From NCBI GenBank assembly GCA_963806225.1, contig CAWDXG010000003.1, positions 32,001 through 96,000 of the forward strand: a stretch of 64,000 nt of DNA, read 5' to 3'. The translations under genes and the position numbers were made by a program. Positions 20,744 to 36,294 of the stretch are shown here, piece by piece (within the stretch, counting starts at the first letter, position 1; the number at the start of each line of letters is the position of its first letter). The notes beneath the pieces are model-generated. The model searched no databases, was not told the origin of the DNA, and saw only the letters and a list, made by a program, of their open reading frames with translations. Source of the DNA: an uncultured delta proteobacterium (GTDB taxonomy: Bacteria > Myxococcota_A > Polyangia > Polyangiales > Polyangiaceae).

Positions 20744-21304
20744 GTGGCGTTCCGCGTATTTCTGCTGGGTGTGGCTCTGGGCGCGTGCGCCTGCAGCGCC
20801 GCTCCGGGCGCGACGCCGGACACCGCCGCGAAGCCCGCCAGTGCCCAGAATCCCTGGTCGGCCTGCTACGCCGACTTCACGCCCATCGGCAGTGCGCACG
20901 GCGATCTCGCGCGCCTCACCCACGCCTGCGGCTCGCTGGGCGGGCTGCACGCCGTCACGCCGGTCGTCGCCAAGGTCCAGAGCGCGAAGGCTCCGGCCGA
21001 CCGCTACACGTTCTACGTGCCTGGGCCCGGCGCCTGCTACCGCGTGTTCGCCGCCGGCGACTACAACGTGCACGATCTCGACCTGCTCATCCACGACGCG
21101 GCGGGACAGACCATCGCGGCGGACCTCTCGCACGACTCTTTTCCGGTGGTGCCGCCCTCCGGCCCCCTGTGCTTCGACCGCGGCGGGCTCTACATGCTGG
21201 AAGTGAGCGTGTTCCGCGGCGCCGGGCACTACGCCGTCCAGGTGTGGGGCAACACGCCAGAAGCCGCGAAACCCGGCGAAGCTGGTGCCACCGCCCGCAA
21301 GTGA
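20744..21304 (+). CDS. Hypothetical lipoprotein
   Basis: Lipobox ALGAC. Domain CYRVFAAG...DLDLLI is typical of myxobacterial secreted proteins. Confidence 0.7.
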   Translation: MAFRVFLLGVALGACACSAAPGATPDTAAKPASAQNPWSACYADFTPIGSAHGDLARLTHACGSLGGLHAVTPVVAKVQSAKAPADRYTFYVPGPGACYRVFAAGDYNVHDLDLLIHDAAGQTIAADLSHDSFPVVPPSGPLCFDRGGLYMLEVSVFRGAGHYAVQVWGNTPEAAKPGEAGATARK

Positions 21305-21318
21305 TATGACAAAGCCCG

Positions 21319-22173
21319 ATGGCCACGTCGACCACCGCCCCGGTTCCCGTCGAGGAAAAGCTCGAGCGCCTGCGCGCGCTCCTCCGCGACATGGGCTCGG
21401 TGCTGGTCTGCTACTCGGGCGGCATCGACAGCGCCTTCGTGCTCGCCGTCGCGAACGAAGAGCTCGGCCCGCGCGCCATCGGCATGACGGCCGTGAGCCC
21501 GAGCCTCGCCGACTTCGAGAAGGAAGACGCCACGCGCATCGCCAGGCAACTCGGCGCCGAGCACCGCTTCGTCGAATCCAACGAGATCGAGCGCGCCGGC
21601 TACGTCAAGAACGACCCCGACCGCTGCTTCCACTGCAAGAGCGAGCTCTACGACATCGCCGAGGCGAAGCAGCGCGAGTGGGGTCTCGGATTCGTGCTCA
21701 ACGGCACCAACAGCGACGACCTCGGCGACTACCGTCCCGGGCTCGAGGCCGCGCGCGCCGCCGGCGTCAGGAGCCCACTGCTCGAAGCAGGCTTTTCCAA
21801 GGCCGACGTGCGCGCCGGCGCACAGCTCATCGGCATGGAGATCTGGGACAAGCCCGCCGCCGCGTGCCTGTCGAGCCGCATTCCCTACGGCACCAGCGTC
21901 ACCCGCGAACGCCTCGCGCAGATCGGCGGCTTCGAGGCCGACCTGAAAGCGCTCGGCTTCCGACAGCTGCGCGTGCGCTGGCACGAGCGCATCGCACGGC
22001 TCGAGTTCGCCGTGGAAGAGCTGCCGCGCCTGCTCGAGCCGGGCGTCCGCGAGAAGGTCGTCGAAGCCGGCAAGAAGCACGGCTTCTCGTACATCACGCT
22101 CGATCTCGCCGGATACCGCACGGGCTCGCACAACGAAGTCCTCGTCGGCCGCGCGTTGCGCGTCGTGGACTGA
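21319..22173 (+). CDS. larE: ATP-dependent sacrificial sulfur transferase LarE
   Basis: PP-loop YSGGIDS, RCFHCK, GTNSDDLGDYRPG, CLSSRIPYG, LDLAGYRTGS. Confidence 0.9.
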   Translation: MATSTTAPVPVEEKLERLRALLRDMGSVLVCYSGGIDSAFVLAVANEELGPRAIGMTAVSPSLADFEKEDATRIARQLGAEHRFVESNEIERAGYVKNDPDRCFHCKSELYDIAEAKQREWGLGFVLNGTNSDDLGDYRPGLEAARAAGVRSPLLEAGFSKADVRAGAQLIGMEIWDKPAAACLSSRIPYGTSVTRERLAQIGGFEADLKALGFRQLRVRWHERIARLEFAVEELPRLLEPGVREKVVEAGKKHGFSYITLDLAGYRTGSHNEVLVGRALRVVD

Positions 22174-22329
22174 ACGCGCATTTTCTGGGGTTGCCCCCGC
22201 GCCGCGCGTCGCTTCACGGCGCGCCGTGCTCGCCGCTAACGCGGCTGCGCGCGGTCGCGGGCCCGCCAAGGCCGGGCTCGCGCCCGGCCGGGGGCCCATT
22301 CCCTGGGCGCGCACCGGCGGCGGGGAGCG

Positions 22330-22842
22330 TTGCTCGCTCGCTTGGTGGCGCGGCTCGGACTCGTGGTTGTGCTGATGGCTTGCTCGCCCTTGGCGTGCAG
22401 CAAGCACAAGTCCAGCGGCGGTGGCTCCGGCGCCCGCGGCGCGGCGGCGGTCGCGGCGACGAGCGCTCCCGCACCGGGCGCGAGCGCTCCCGCACCGGGC
22501 GCGAGTGGCCTCAGCGACGGCGAGAAAGCGCTGGTGAAGGCCTATCTCTCCGACGGAGGCGACGAGGACCACGGCGACCCCAACGCTCCGTTCAACCAGA
22601 CCAAGGAGCGCAAGAAGCTGGCAGGACGTTGCAGGAAGGCCTGCGCTCACGTGAAGAGCTTCGAGAAGCCTAGCGACGAATTCGGCATGGGCGCGATGAC
22701 CGACAACGGCGCGATTCTGCGCGACGACTGCGTCAAGAGCTGCCTGGGGAACGACTACAAGGACAACGAAATCGCCTGCGTCGCCAAGGCGAAGAACAAG
22801 ACAGAGCTGAAGCGCTGCCAGCTCGAGGCCGCGCTCGACTGA
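22330..22842 (+). CDS. Hypothetical Cys-containing lipoprotein
   Basis: Lipobox-like PLAC, 21-bp duplicated SAPAPGA linker, CxxxC...CxxxC...C-x11-C pattern. Confidence 0.6.
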   Translation: MLARLVARLGLVVVLMACSPLACSKHKSSGGGSGARGAAAVAATSAPAPGASAPAPGASGLSDGEKALVKAYLSDGGDEDHGDPNAPFNQTKERKKLAGRCRKACAHVKSFEKPSDEFGMGAMTDNGAILRDDCVKSCLGNDYKDNEIACVAKAKNKTELKRCQLEAALD

Positions 22843-22870
22843 CCCATGCGAGCCGTCCCCCATGGACGCG

Positions 22871-22896
22871 AAAAGCCGGCGGTGTCCCGCCGGCTC
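22871..22896 (-). terminator. Intrinsic terminator downstream of pnp
   Basis: Minus strand AGCCGGCGG-GACA-CCGCCGGCT then TTT. Confidence 0.65.
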
Positions 22897-22939
22897 TCCG
22901 GGTGTAGTGGCTGCCAGGCCCCCCGGAGGGGGCCTCCCA

Positions 22940-25185
<2,246 letters not shown>

Positions 25186-25359
25186 TGGCTGTGCGCCCCC
25201 TTGGCGCGTGCTTGCCGCTGCGTGCGGCAGAACGCCGGATCAGGGAGCGTCTGACTTCAGCCTCGGTCCCTGCGCGCGACCCGTTGTCGCGAGCACGAAT
25301 CGAAGTTGAAGCGACGAGACGCTCCAGGCCCGGAATGAAAACGAAAACGCCCCAGCCTG

Positions 25360-25630
25360 CTACTTGCGCAGGTGGAGCGCGGAGACGACCTTGCGATACC
25401 GCTCCACGTCGGAGCGCTTGAGGTAGTCGAGCAGACGACGACGACGCCCGACGAGCTTGAGCAGCCCCCGACGGGAGTGGTGGTCCTTCTTGTGCGTCTT
25501 GAAGTGCTCGGTCAGATACTCGATGCGGCTCGAGAGCAGAGCGATCTGCACTTCGGGCGAGCCGGTGTCGGTATCGTGAAGCCGGTATTCGGTCGATGAC
25601 GCGCTGCTTGGCGTCCTGTTCTAGCGCCAT
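25360..25630 (-). CDS. rpsO: 30S ribosomal protein S15 (frameshifted)
   Basis: [13 protein letters not shown]...[25 protein letters not shown]. Canonical rpsO-pnp order. Confidence 0.95.
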
Positions 25631-25774
25631 GTTTCCTTCCTCGTGCGGTTCCACGGACACAGCGAAAAAGCCGTAGACCGGGTACCTCGAAAGCGGCGGG
25701 AGTATACGCGCCCCGACCACCTGGTCAACTGCCCGGGTCCGCGGGCAGCGCCGATTGGCCGGGAGGCCGGCGAG

Positions 25775-27734
25775 CTAGAACCTTGCCTGGAGGGAGACGC
25801 CGAAGCCCACGGAAATCAGGCGACAGGAACCGGCGCAGCAGCACCGTGCCGCTCGGGTCGAGCTCGAGCCGCGTCACGTTGTTGTCCCGCCGGTACTGCA
25901 CCCAGGCCACCGTCGCGAGCATGTCCGACAGATCCCACTTCAGGCTGCCCCGCGCCTGCGATGATCGGCACCCTGCGTCTCGCCCTGCGGCAGGAACGCC
26001 AGGTCGCCCTGCTGGCGCACGACGATGGTGCGCGACGTATCGTTGCCCAGGAAGTCCGTGGACGCTAGCTGCCGAACGTCGCCGGCAGCTGCAGGCCGCC
26101 GCCGATGCCCGGCGTGAGATGCAGCTGCTCGACGTAGTAGTCCAGCGCCGCGGCCGCGAAGAGCTCGTTCTGGATCTTGGCGTCCTTCGGCAGGGTCTGG
26201 AACGGGATGAAGCTCGGCTGGTTGCGCAGCACGAAGGCCAGGTCGCGATAGATGCCGCTGACGCTGGCTCTGCAGGTAGCCCGCCTTGACGTTGGCCTGC
26301 ACGGCCGCGGCGCGCGCCGGCTGGATGGCCGTCTGGCCCGGCGCGTCGAAGTTCTTGAGGTGCTGCTCCAGCTGCGACCCCTCGGCCGACACCGACCAGC
26401 TCACCTTGCCCGGCTCGTAGCTCGGGCGGCCGAAGCAGGATCTGCGGGGCGTTGGGATCGTTCCTGTAGAGCAGGAAGTCCGCGCGAGCGCGGCACAGGC
26501 ATGCCGTGGTGCAGCACGATGCGGCCGGAAGCGCCGTAGGTGTAGACGCGCTGTCCGAGCACGTCAGGGTCCTCGAAACGCCCCTGCTGGAAGTAGCCGG
26601 CACCCGCGTCGACCCGCAGGAAGTCCGTGAGGTCGACGCCCCCGCCGCCGAGGAAGCCGTAGTTGGTCTCGGCGATACGCACGGTGTCGGTCGCAGAGCT
26701 CTCGCCGGAGGCGTTCTGCGTGATGACCTGCTGCACCTGGATGATGCTGGCCGTCTTGAACCCGCCGAAGACGTAGTAGCCCTTGCCGTCGTACTGCATC
26801 TTCAGGCCCGGCGAGCTGCCCTGCAGCCGGGGGAAGATCGACTGGTTGATGCGCGCGTTCGTGCCGCCCCACGAGATGTCGTACAGGTAGCCGAGACGGA
26901 AGCGATCGGTGTCGATCGGGTAGAACGTGAGCGCGAGGCCCTGCGGCTCCTTCTTGCTGCCCGCCGTGCGGTAGAAGAGCCGGATGTAGGTGCCCGGCAT
27001 CCTCCAGCACCGCGTTGACGTTGTTCGACTGGCTGGCGAGCGCAGCCATGTCGAGGCGCAACGCCAGCGCCGCCTCGGTATCGAGGCGCGGGAATGTAGC
27101 CGGGCAGCTTCTTGTACAGGACGAGCTGCGTGATGTTCTCGCGGCCCGCGAAGCGCGAGTTCAGGTTGTCGAAGAACAGCCGGTACTGCGGGCGATCGCC
27201 GACGCTGGGGTTGGGCGAAAGCGGCAGCGCCTCGCCGGTGGAGTGCAGCACGTCATCATCGCCGAACGTCCAGGTCAGGCGTGTGTCGACGAAATCGCTG
27301 TGGGGCGCGTGCGCGACCTCCTCCGGCGATAGAGCCTTCTTGTCGGCGTCCGCCGCAGTGCCCTGCCCCGCGTTCGCGTCGTCGGGCGTCGGACTCGCAC
27401 TGCCGGTTGCCGTCGCCTTGGCGCCCGTTCCGGGCTCGCTGCCTTCAGCCGACTTGTCAGCGGCGGCCTTCGCGGGCTCTTCCGGCTGGGCCTTGTCCGG
27501 CGCGGGCTGGGCCTTCCCGGGCTCTTCCGGCTGGGCCTTGTCCGGCTGCTCCGGCTGGGCCTTGTCCGGCGCGGGCTGGGCCTTGTCCGGCGCAGGCTGA
27601 TCGGCGGGCGCGGGTTGATCCGCTGGGGCCGCAGGAGCGGGCTGCGCGAGGGCGACCGCGGGGATCACCCCGACCGCCAGCAGCACGGCGAGCGCCGGGA
27701 CGCGCACGTCAGTTCGAAGCTTCATTCGGGTCAT
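25775..27734 (-). CDS. Secreted protein, probable outer-membrane beta-barrel, with AQPAPDK repeats (several frameshifts)
   Basis: Signal peptide and alternating aromatic strands. Re-framed 3' end reads SVGFGVSLQARF* (terminal Phe beta-signal). Confidence 0.6.
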
Positions 27735-29197
27735 AGATCGTCCTCGGGGAGACGCAGGCCGTGTCGGAGGCTACGGGAGCTTTGGGGCCGTTCCGGCAGG
27801 CAAGCTGGGACTGCGACGTCGCGTCGGAGCCGCACACCAGATCGTCCAGACAGCGCGTCTCGATGGTCCAGTTCAGCGAGCCGCCGCTGAAGTTGCGCAG
27901 CGTGCCGGTGACGTCGGGCAGGGTCTCGCCCCGCATCGCCACGGGATCGAAGCCGGAGACGGAGCTCGTGTTGAGCTGGATGCTGCCGCCCGTCGCCAGG
28001 TTGACCCGGTAGTTGCCGCGCGAGACGTAGCGCGGTCCACTCCACACAATCCGGATTGGCAACGCAGGCGTTGGCGCAGGCGGCTTCGGCGCTACCCGGC
28101 GTCGTGAAGTCGATGGTGCCGTTGTTGTCCAGATCGCAGTTCGACTGGTCCGGACCGAAGACGTTGTTGACCGCCGGCTTGGGACCGAAGTTCTTTGCCG
28201 ATGGTCACGTCCGCGACGCGCACCGAGCGCCGACTCGATGCTCTCCATCTGGGCCGGGTCGCCCAGAGTCAGGCTGACGATGGGCTTCGGCGCGGGCACC
28301 GGACACTTGCCGTCGAGCTTCTCGTTGCGCCAGGGCTGGATCTCGTACGATGGGAACGAGAGCTCGGTGAAGCCGAAGAAGTCAGCGGCCGTGCCCGACA
28401 ACTGCGTGACGCGATCGCAGACGCGGATCCCGCCCGGCGTGCTGAACGTGAAGGCGAAGATATGGCCGAAGCCGCCGGTATCGGTGATGTCGGACGCGTA
28501 GAAGCCCTGCGCCGCCACGCGCGTGACGATGACCTCGGCCGGGTCGCCCGTCATCACATTCACGCCTTCTTCCGGATACGGCGTCGAGGCGCCGTGGCCC
28601 TGCACGTCGGCCAGTCGGGGCAGGGCGAAGTAGATCGGGTTTGGAGACGCCCGCGGCGAAGCTGCCCCGGCGTCTCCGTGTCGTCATTGGCGAACGCGCA
28701 GCCCGGATCCTCCGGGTAGTCGATAAGGCCGTCGCCGTCGTTGTCCTTGCCGTCCGAGCACTGCGGCGGCTTGAACGGATCCGCAGGCACATAGCCGATG
28801 TCCTCGACCCACAGGCGCGTGGGCCCACGCGGGTTGCGGACCAGGACGTGTTGCTCCGTCGCGACGCCGTCCTTCACGTAGGCATTGCGACCGGTCGCGC
28901 CCGGACCCTTCACCTCCAGCACGGCGCCCGGATCCGCGCTGATGCGCACAAACCCGGTGAAGCTCTTGTCGAGCGAGCCGTCCGCGTGCCGGGCCTGGAT
29001 GTCGACCACCATTTCCACCGGCGCGTCCAGCGGCAGCGGAAGCGGCGTGTCATTCGGCCCCGGCAGCTTGGTGCCCGAGGCCAGCCGCACGTCCACGTGC
29101 ATGCGCTCGGTGCGCGCCGGGTACGTCTTCTGAATACGTGCCCGCAGCCGGACACCGCCAGCGCGACGACTGCAGACGCGAGAACGCGCGCTCTCAC
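27709..29197 (-). CDS. Lipoprotein with CSDGKDNDGDGLIDY Ca-binding motif and probable OB-fold (frameshifted)
   Basis: Lipobox AVSGC; IVTRVAAQGFY...IFAFT...CDRVTQLSG...FFGFTELS resembles the OB folds of extracellular nucleases. Confidence 0.6.
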
Positions 29198-31479
29198 CGG
29201 CCCACCATCAACACGCGGTTGTCCGAGTAGTTGCCGCAGCGTGCGATCGATGCAGGCCAGGAACTTGCACTCCTCGCCGCCGAACTCGCACGCGCTCTTT
29301 CGGTGGTGCAGGTGGCGATGGTTCTTCGCCGTGCTGGGATTGTCGCAGCGCTGCCGATGGTAGTTCGCGACATCCTGCCGGCAGGCCGACAGCACGCACG
29401 CGCCCGTCGCTGCACGAACCGTTGGAGCTGCAGGTGCCGTCGGGGGTCTCCGACGCGTCCTCCGGACAGGCGCACACATAGCCGGCGCCCGACGGACGAG
29501 CAGTCCTTGTCGGTACCGCAGCTTCTTCAGGCCGTCCTTGGTCGTAGTTCTCGGCGCTGTAGCCGCAGGGCTTGCCGGCGCGGATCCAGTCGATGAGCGC
29601 GTCGCGCTGCTGGATCTTCGTGTCGAGCTGCGTGGTGTTCCGCTTCAGCACCGTGAAGCCGCTGCCGCCGCCGGCGAGGTAGTTGCTGGTCGCAAACTCG
29701 TAGGAGCCGGTGGGATCGATCTGCAGAGCAGGCAGCGCCCCTTGCCGTTCGCGTCGGGGTTGTCCAGTGTCGCAGGAGTTCAGCTGGTTGCCGCAGTCGG
29801 CGTCGGAGCTGCAGGGCTTGCTCGAAGAGCCGATGTAGATGTGCTCGGCGCAGGGCTGCGCCGCGCACTTGCCGTCGTTGCACTCGTTGCGACGGGCAGT
29901 CGCTGTTCGTCGTGCAGGTCTGTGGCGCTTGACGCGGTTGCAGCCCGTGCAGTTCAAGACCACGCGGGCGCCGGCGATCTGCGCCTGGCTGGCGCAGCCG
30001 CGCCCGGCCGAGCGACGCGCCACGAAGTCGAACATCTCCTGCACCTCGACGCCGGACAGCTGCATCTTCGTGATCGAGTTGTCGAACGGGAAGATGTTGA
30101 ACATCTGCTCGACCGTGACCGGCCCCGGCACCATGTCGGCGCGGATGCCCGTGGTGTTGGTCAGCGAGAAGTCCGTCTCGATGCCGAGACGCCGCCACAT
30201 GCCGGTCGCGATCATGTTGCCGAGCGGCGAGTCGCCTCCGCCGGTACCGAAGCGCTTCGAGCCGTCCGGTGCGTAGCCGACCAGGAGGTCCAGATCCACC
30301 AGCTCGTCCAGGCTCTGGCGGTAGGGCTCGAGCAGCTCGGCCACGGCGCGGTTCTGCGGCACGTTGTCGGTGATCGGGATCAGCTTGTACTGGTGGCTGA
30401 TGATCTCGAAGCCGTTGACCGGGTCGTAGCAGCGTCCACTGGTCTGCGCCTTGGTGCACGGCGGCGGCAGGTCGTCCGGGGAATCCGAAGCGACGAAGTC
30501 GAGCCGTCCGACGTACTTCGCGAAGGCGCCCGAGTGCACCTCGAGCACAGGTCGCGGGATTGCAGTAGCGGCGCACGCCCGGCTTGCCGTCGGCGTCCTT
30601 GAGCTCGATGTAGTGCCGCCCCTGGGAATCCACCTTGGCGCAGTCGTCCAGCACCTTCGGCGGTTGCAGCACGATGTGGTTGTGGCTGCCGAGCACGATG
30701 TCGATGCCGGTCGTGCCGCTGGATCATGTCGAGGTCGGCGTTCAGCCCCAGGTGCGAGTCGACGACGACCAGGTCCACAAGCGGCCGCAGCAGGTCGACG
30801 TAGGCCTGCGCCGTGTCGATGGTGTCGAGCGGCGTGACGCCGAGCCGGCTGGGCCGCTCGTACAGCGAGCTGAGGCTGGACAGGTTGCCCATGCCGATGA
30901 CGCCGACGCTGCAGACCGCGCACGTTGAACACCGTGAACGGCTTCAGGACGTTCTGCGAGCTCCGGATTGCCGACCGTCGTCCGGATCCTCGATCTTGTA
31001 GTTGGCGGCGAGCAGCGGGAAAGTCGCCCACTTCTCGTGCTGGATCCTGGCGTTCAGCGCGCCCTTGTCGAACTCGTGGTTGGCGATGACCTGCACGTCC
31101 GTGCCCATCATGCTCAGGGCACGCACCTCGGCTTCGCCGTTGAAGTAGTTGAAGACGGGCGCACCCTGGAAGCAGTCGCCGCCGTCGATGTGCAGCACGC
31201 GGTCCGCACGCGCCCGCTCGCGGTTCGAGGATGTACGCGACCCGGGCAGCGCCGCCGACGGTCGCCACGGTGCCCGCCACGCCCAGCCCCAGCGCCGCGT
31301 CCGTCTGCGAGATCTGCAGCGCGTACGGGAACAGCCGGGAGTGGATGTCCGCCGTGTGCAGGATCGTCAGCTTCGTCTGCCCGTGCACCTGGACGGCGCG
31401 CGGGGTCCGCGGGACAACCCACGAAGGAAGCGGCACACACCATGGCGAGCGCCAGGAGCAGAAGAGCTCGCCACTTCAT
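29194..31479 (-). CDS. Bifunctional metallophosphatase/5'-nucleotidase with Cys-rich inserts (frameshifted)
   Basis: ILHTADIHS, DGGDCFQG, ANHEFDKG, SHLG, GSHNH, SPLGNMIA, NTTGIRAD, IFPFDN, SNYLAGGGSGF. Confidence 0.88.
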
Positions 31480-31646
31480 CGCACCCGATTACCGCGCCCC
31501 GGCAACGCTGCCAAGAGGCATCCGCGCCCCCGCGTGACCCCCGCTTGACGGGGGCGGCCGGAGCGATGCAACCGACCGCGTGGCCGAGTTGCGTTCTCTG
31601 CGACATCCCACGACAGGGGGGTACGCACATTCACGGAATGTTCCGA

Positions 31647-33468
31647 TCAGGCTGCCGAGAACTCGGCGTCCAGCAGGTCGGCCAGAAGCGGGGCGAAGGC
31701 ATCTGCGACGACCTTTTCCGCTTCGTCCGCGGCCAGCTGTTGCATGGCTTCGGCAGCAACCGCTTCCGCATCGGCCAGGCTCACCCTGCGGATCGCCTCC
31801 TTCACCCCGGGGATCGCCGAGGCTTCCATGCTCAGCTCGCGCAGGCCCATGCCCACCAGCAGCGTCGCCGCGAGAGGATCACTCGCCATCGCTCCGCAGA
31901 CCGCCACGGGGCGCTTGTGGCGCTCCGCCGCGGTGACCACGCCGCGGATCAAACGCAGGATCGCCGGGTCGAAGGGACTGGCAATGTAGGCCAGCTCCCG
32001 GCTCGAGCGGTCGACCGCGAGCGTATACTGGACGAGATCGTTTGTGCCGATGCTCATGAACTCGGCCTCGCGGGCCAGCTCCTCGGCCATCACGGCGGCC
32101 GAGGGCACCTCCACCATGATGCCGAGAGGAATGTGCTCCGCGTGCGCCTGGCCGGCTTCATCCACCTCGCGGATGGCCTGCTCGACCAGCGTGCGCACGC
32201 TCCTGAGCTCGCGCACGCTCGAGATCATCGGGATCATGATGCTCAGCGGCCCATGTGCCGAGGCACGCACCATGGCGCGGAGCTGCGGCAGGAAGATCTC
32301 CGGCCGCGCGAGCGCGAGACGCACCGCGCGCAGGCCGAGCGCCGGGTTCATCTCCGGCGGCGCCTGGAAGGCCGAGACGAACTTGTCACCGCCGATGTCG
32401 AAGGTCCGGAGCGTGACGGGCAGCGGCTTGATGGTCTCCAGCACCCGCTTGTAGATCGCGTACTGCTCGTCTTCCCCGGGCGGCTCGTCGCGATTGACGT
32501 ACAGAAACTCGGTGCGATAGAGGCCCACGCCCTGCGCGCCGAGCTCCAGCGCTATCCCCGCCTCCGACGGCAGCTCGATGTTCGCTTTCAGCGAGATCGG
32601 CACGCCGCAGCGGGTGACAGCGGGGCGATCGCGCGACTCGCGCAGTTTGCGACCGACGGCCTTGTAACGTTCAACACGCGCTTCCCCGCGCTCCAGCATC
32701 TCGGGGGACGGGTTGATCGTCACCCGGCCTCTGAGCGCGTCCACGAACACCAGGTCGCCATTCGCGACGGTGCCGAGGATGTCGCGCACGCCGACCACGG
32801 CCGGCAGTTCGAGCGCCCGGGACAGGATCGCGGTGTGGCTGGTCCGCGTACCGACCTCGGTCACCATCGCCAGCACGGTCTTCTTCGACAGACCCGCGGT
32901 TTCGGCCGGCGACAGGTCGTGCGCGATGATGATGCAGGGCTCGCCGAACTCCGGCATCGAGAGCGCGCGCTGCCGGCCGGTCAGGGCACGGATGATGCGG
33001 TCGCCCACGAACTCGAAATCGTGACTGCGCTCGGCAAGGTACGGGATCGATGCCCGAGCGCAGGTGCTCGGCCATCTCGTGCACCGCGGTGTCCACGGCC
33101 CATTCGGCGCACTGCCGATCGATGCGCACGTGCCGCTCGACGTCCTCGCGCAGGCTCGGGTCCTGCACCATCATGATGTACGCTTCGAGGATCGACAGCT
33201 CCGCGCGGATGGAGCTGGTGCGGACATTCGAGGCCACATCGTGCAGGCCCTTGGCGGCGAGCTCGACGGCCTCGTCGAAACGGGCCATTTCCTCGTCGAC
33301 CCGGTGCTTCGCCACCCGACGCCGGGTAACACCCGGACGCCGCGTGTCGACCACCACCGCGCGCCCCACGGCGAGGCCCGGCGAACCGGCGATCCCTTCC
33401 AGCGTGATGGCCGGCTGCCGTTCGGTCGGCGGCGGCGGCGGCGAGCTTTCGTGGCGGCCGTCGGCCAT
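31647..33468 (-). CDS. ptsI: Phosphoenolpyruvate-protein phosphotransferase (PTS enzyme I), frameshift near 33045
   Basis: GIAGSPGLAVG, TSHTAILSR, GVGLYRTEFL, RTFDIGGDK, SIGTNDLVQY, VCGAMA. Confidence 0.93.
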
Positions 33469-33469
33469 C

Positions 33470-33745
33470 CTACTCCGGCTCCCCGAAACGGTCGTTGATC
33501 AGCTCCCCGATGCGCTCCACCGCTTCCTCGGCGGCTTCTCCGGTGGCTTCGACCTGCAGCTCGGTCCCTTTCGACCCGCAGAGCAGAAGGACGCCCATCA
33601 CGCTCTTGGCGTTCGCTGCCTGGCCACCGTGGCTCAACACCACCTCGCAAGGGAAGCTGGATGCGAGCTGCACCAGCTTGCTGGCCGCGCGCGCATGCAG
33701 TCCCAGCTTGTTCTTCACGGTGAACGTGCCCTTCACTGCGTTCAC
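33470..33745 (-). CDS. ptsH: Phosphocarrier protein HPr
   Basis: GLHARAA (His15) and AKSVMGV (Ser46). Confidence 0.92.
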   Translation of the reverse strand: MNAVKGTFTVKNKLGLHARAASKLVQLASSFPCEVVLSHGGQAANAKSVMGVLLLCGSKGTELQVEATGEAAEEAVERIGELINDRFGEPE

Positions 33746-34709
33746 ACAGCCCCCCTTCCACCGCGTGGCCCTCCGCCGATGAAGTCCGGCTCGGAGTGGC
33801 GCTCATCCGGGCTTTCCCGCCCGAGATCGCGATGCACGACCTCGATGCCCAGCCCCGTCCTCTCCGTCAGACCCCTGGCAAGCTGTTCGGCAACAACCAC
33901 GGAACGATGACGGCCACCGGTGCAGCCGATACCCACCGTGAGGTAGCTCTTGCCTTCACGCTCGTAGCGCGGCAGACAGAAATCGAGCAGCGCATCGGCA
34001 CGCTCGAGGAACTGCTGCGTCTCGTGATCGCCCAGCACGTACTCGCGCACCGGCGCGGAGGTGCCCGGCAACTCGCGAAGCTCATCGACAAAGTGCGGGT
34101 TGTTCAGGAAGCGGACATCCAGAACCAGGTCCGCGTCGACCGGAGCCCCGTACTTGAAGCCGAACGAGACGACGCGGGTGTGCATGCGCGGGGCCTCGCC
34201 GGCACCGGGGCCGAAGTATCCGACGATGCGACGCCTCAGGTCGTGCACGCTGAGCCGGGTGGTGTCGACCACCAGCGTCGCTTCGGCCCTGAGCGGCGCG
34301 AGGCGTTCGCGCTCGATGCGGATGCCGTCGAGCACCGCGGTAGCCGCCTGCTCGTTGCCGGGCTCCTGGATGGTGCTGAGCGGATGGGGGCGACGCGTGC
34401 TGCTGAAGCGCCGGAGCAATGCCTCGTCCGATGCGTCGAGGAACAGTACGGCCAGCTCGCGCTCCTGGTTCGCGCGGACCGCATCGAACATTTTGGTTGC
34501 GCTGTCGAGGAAGCGGCGCACCCGCACGTCGATCCCCAGCGCGATGCGTCGGGCACCCCCCGCGTCGCACGCCTCCAGCGTCTCCACCACGACCGGCGTC
34601 GGCAGGTTGTCGACGCAGAAGTACCCGAGATCCTCCAGCGCATGCAGTGCCGTGGACTTGCCGGCACCACTCAGGCCGGTCACCACCACAACCAGCGTGC
34701 GCCTGTCGC

Positions 34710-34713
<4 letters not shown>
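33742..34713 (-). CDS. rapZ: RNase adapter RapZ
   Basis: TGLSGAGKS, CVDNLP, SFGFKYG, DVRFLNNPHF, GCTGGRHRSV. Confidence 0.93.
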
Positions 34714-35774
<1,061 letters not shown>

Positions 35775-35780
35775 TTGTGG

Positions 35781-36251
35781 TTACCTCAAGGTCGCATCCT
35801 GGGCCTGGATGAGTGAATAGGCCGCCTCGGCGTCTCCCGACTCGACGAGGCGCGCGCGCGTCGCGGCGTCGCGCAGAAGGCGCGAGATCCGGGCCAGCGT
35901 GCGCAGGTGCTCGCCGGTAGCCCGCTTCGGACCGACCACGCCGAAGACGATACTGACGGGCGCTCCGTCGATGGACTCGAACGGCACGCCGCGCGGACAC
36001 AGCAGCAATGCGGCGGCCTGACCCGGTGCGGCGTCCAGCGCGGTGTGCGGAATTGCCACGCCGTCTCCAATGCCGGTGCTCTGCAGCCGCTCGCGGTCGA
36101 GCAGAAGCCGCTGGATGATTTCCTGCTCCACGCCGACCGCTGGAGCCAGCATGTCGGACAGCAGCCTGAGCGCGTCCGCCTTTTCGTGAACGATGCCGCC
36201 CTCGGGATCGACGAGGATCCGGTCGATGGTGAGAATGTCGGAAAGTCGCAT
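35781..36251 (-). CDS. ptsN: PTS EIIA (Ntr-type)
   Basis: RERLQSTGIGDGVAIPH, FESIDGAPV, HLRTLARISR. Confidence 0.85.
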   Translation of the reverse strand: MRLSDILTIDRILVDPEGGIVHEKADALRLLSDMLAPAVGVEQEIIQRLLLDRERLQSTGIGDGVAIPHTALDAAPGQAAALLLCPRGVPFESIDGAPVSIVFGVVGPKRATGEHLRTLARISRLLRDAATRARLVESGDAEAAYSLIQAQDATLR

Positions 36252-36294
36252 TGCGAGGTCGCTCCGACCCCCGGAAGTGGGTTCCAGGGGCATC

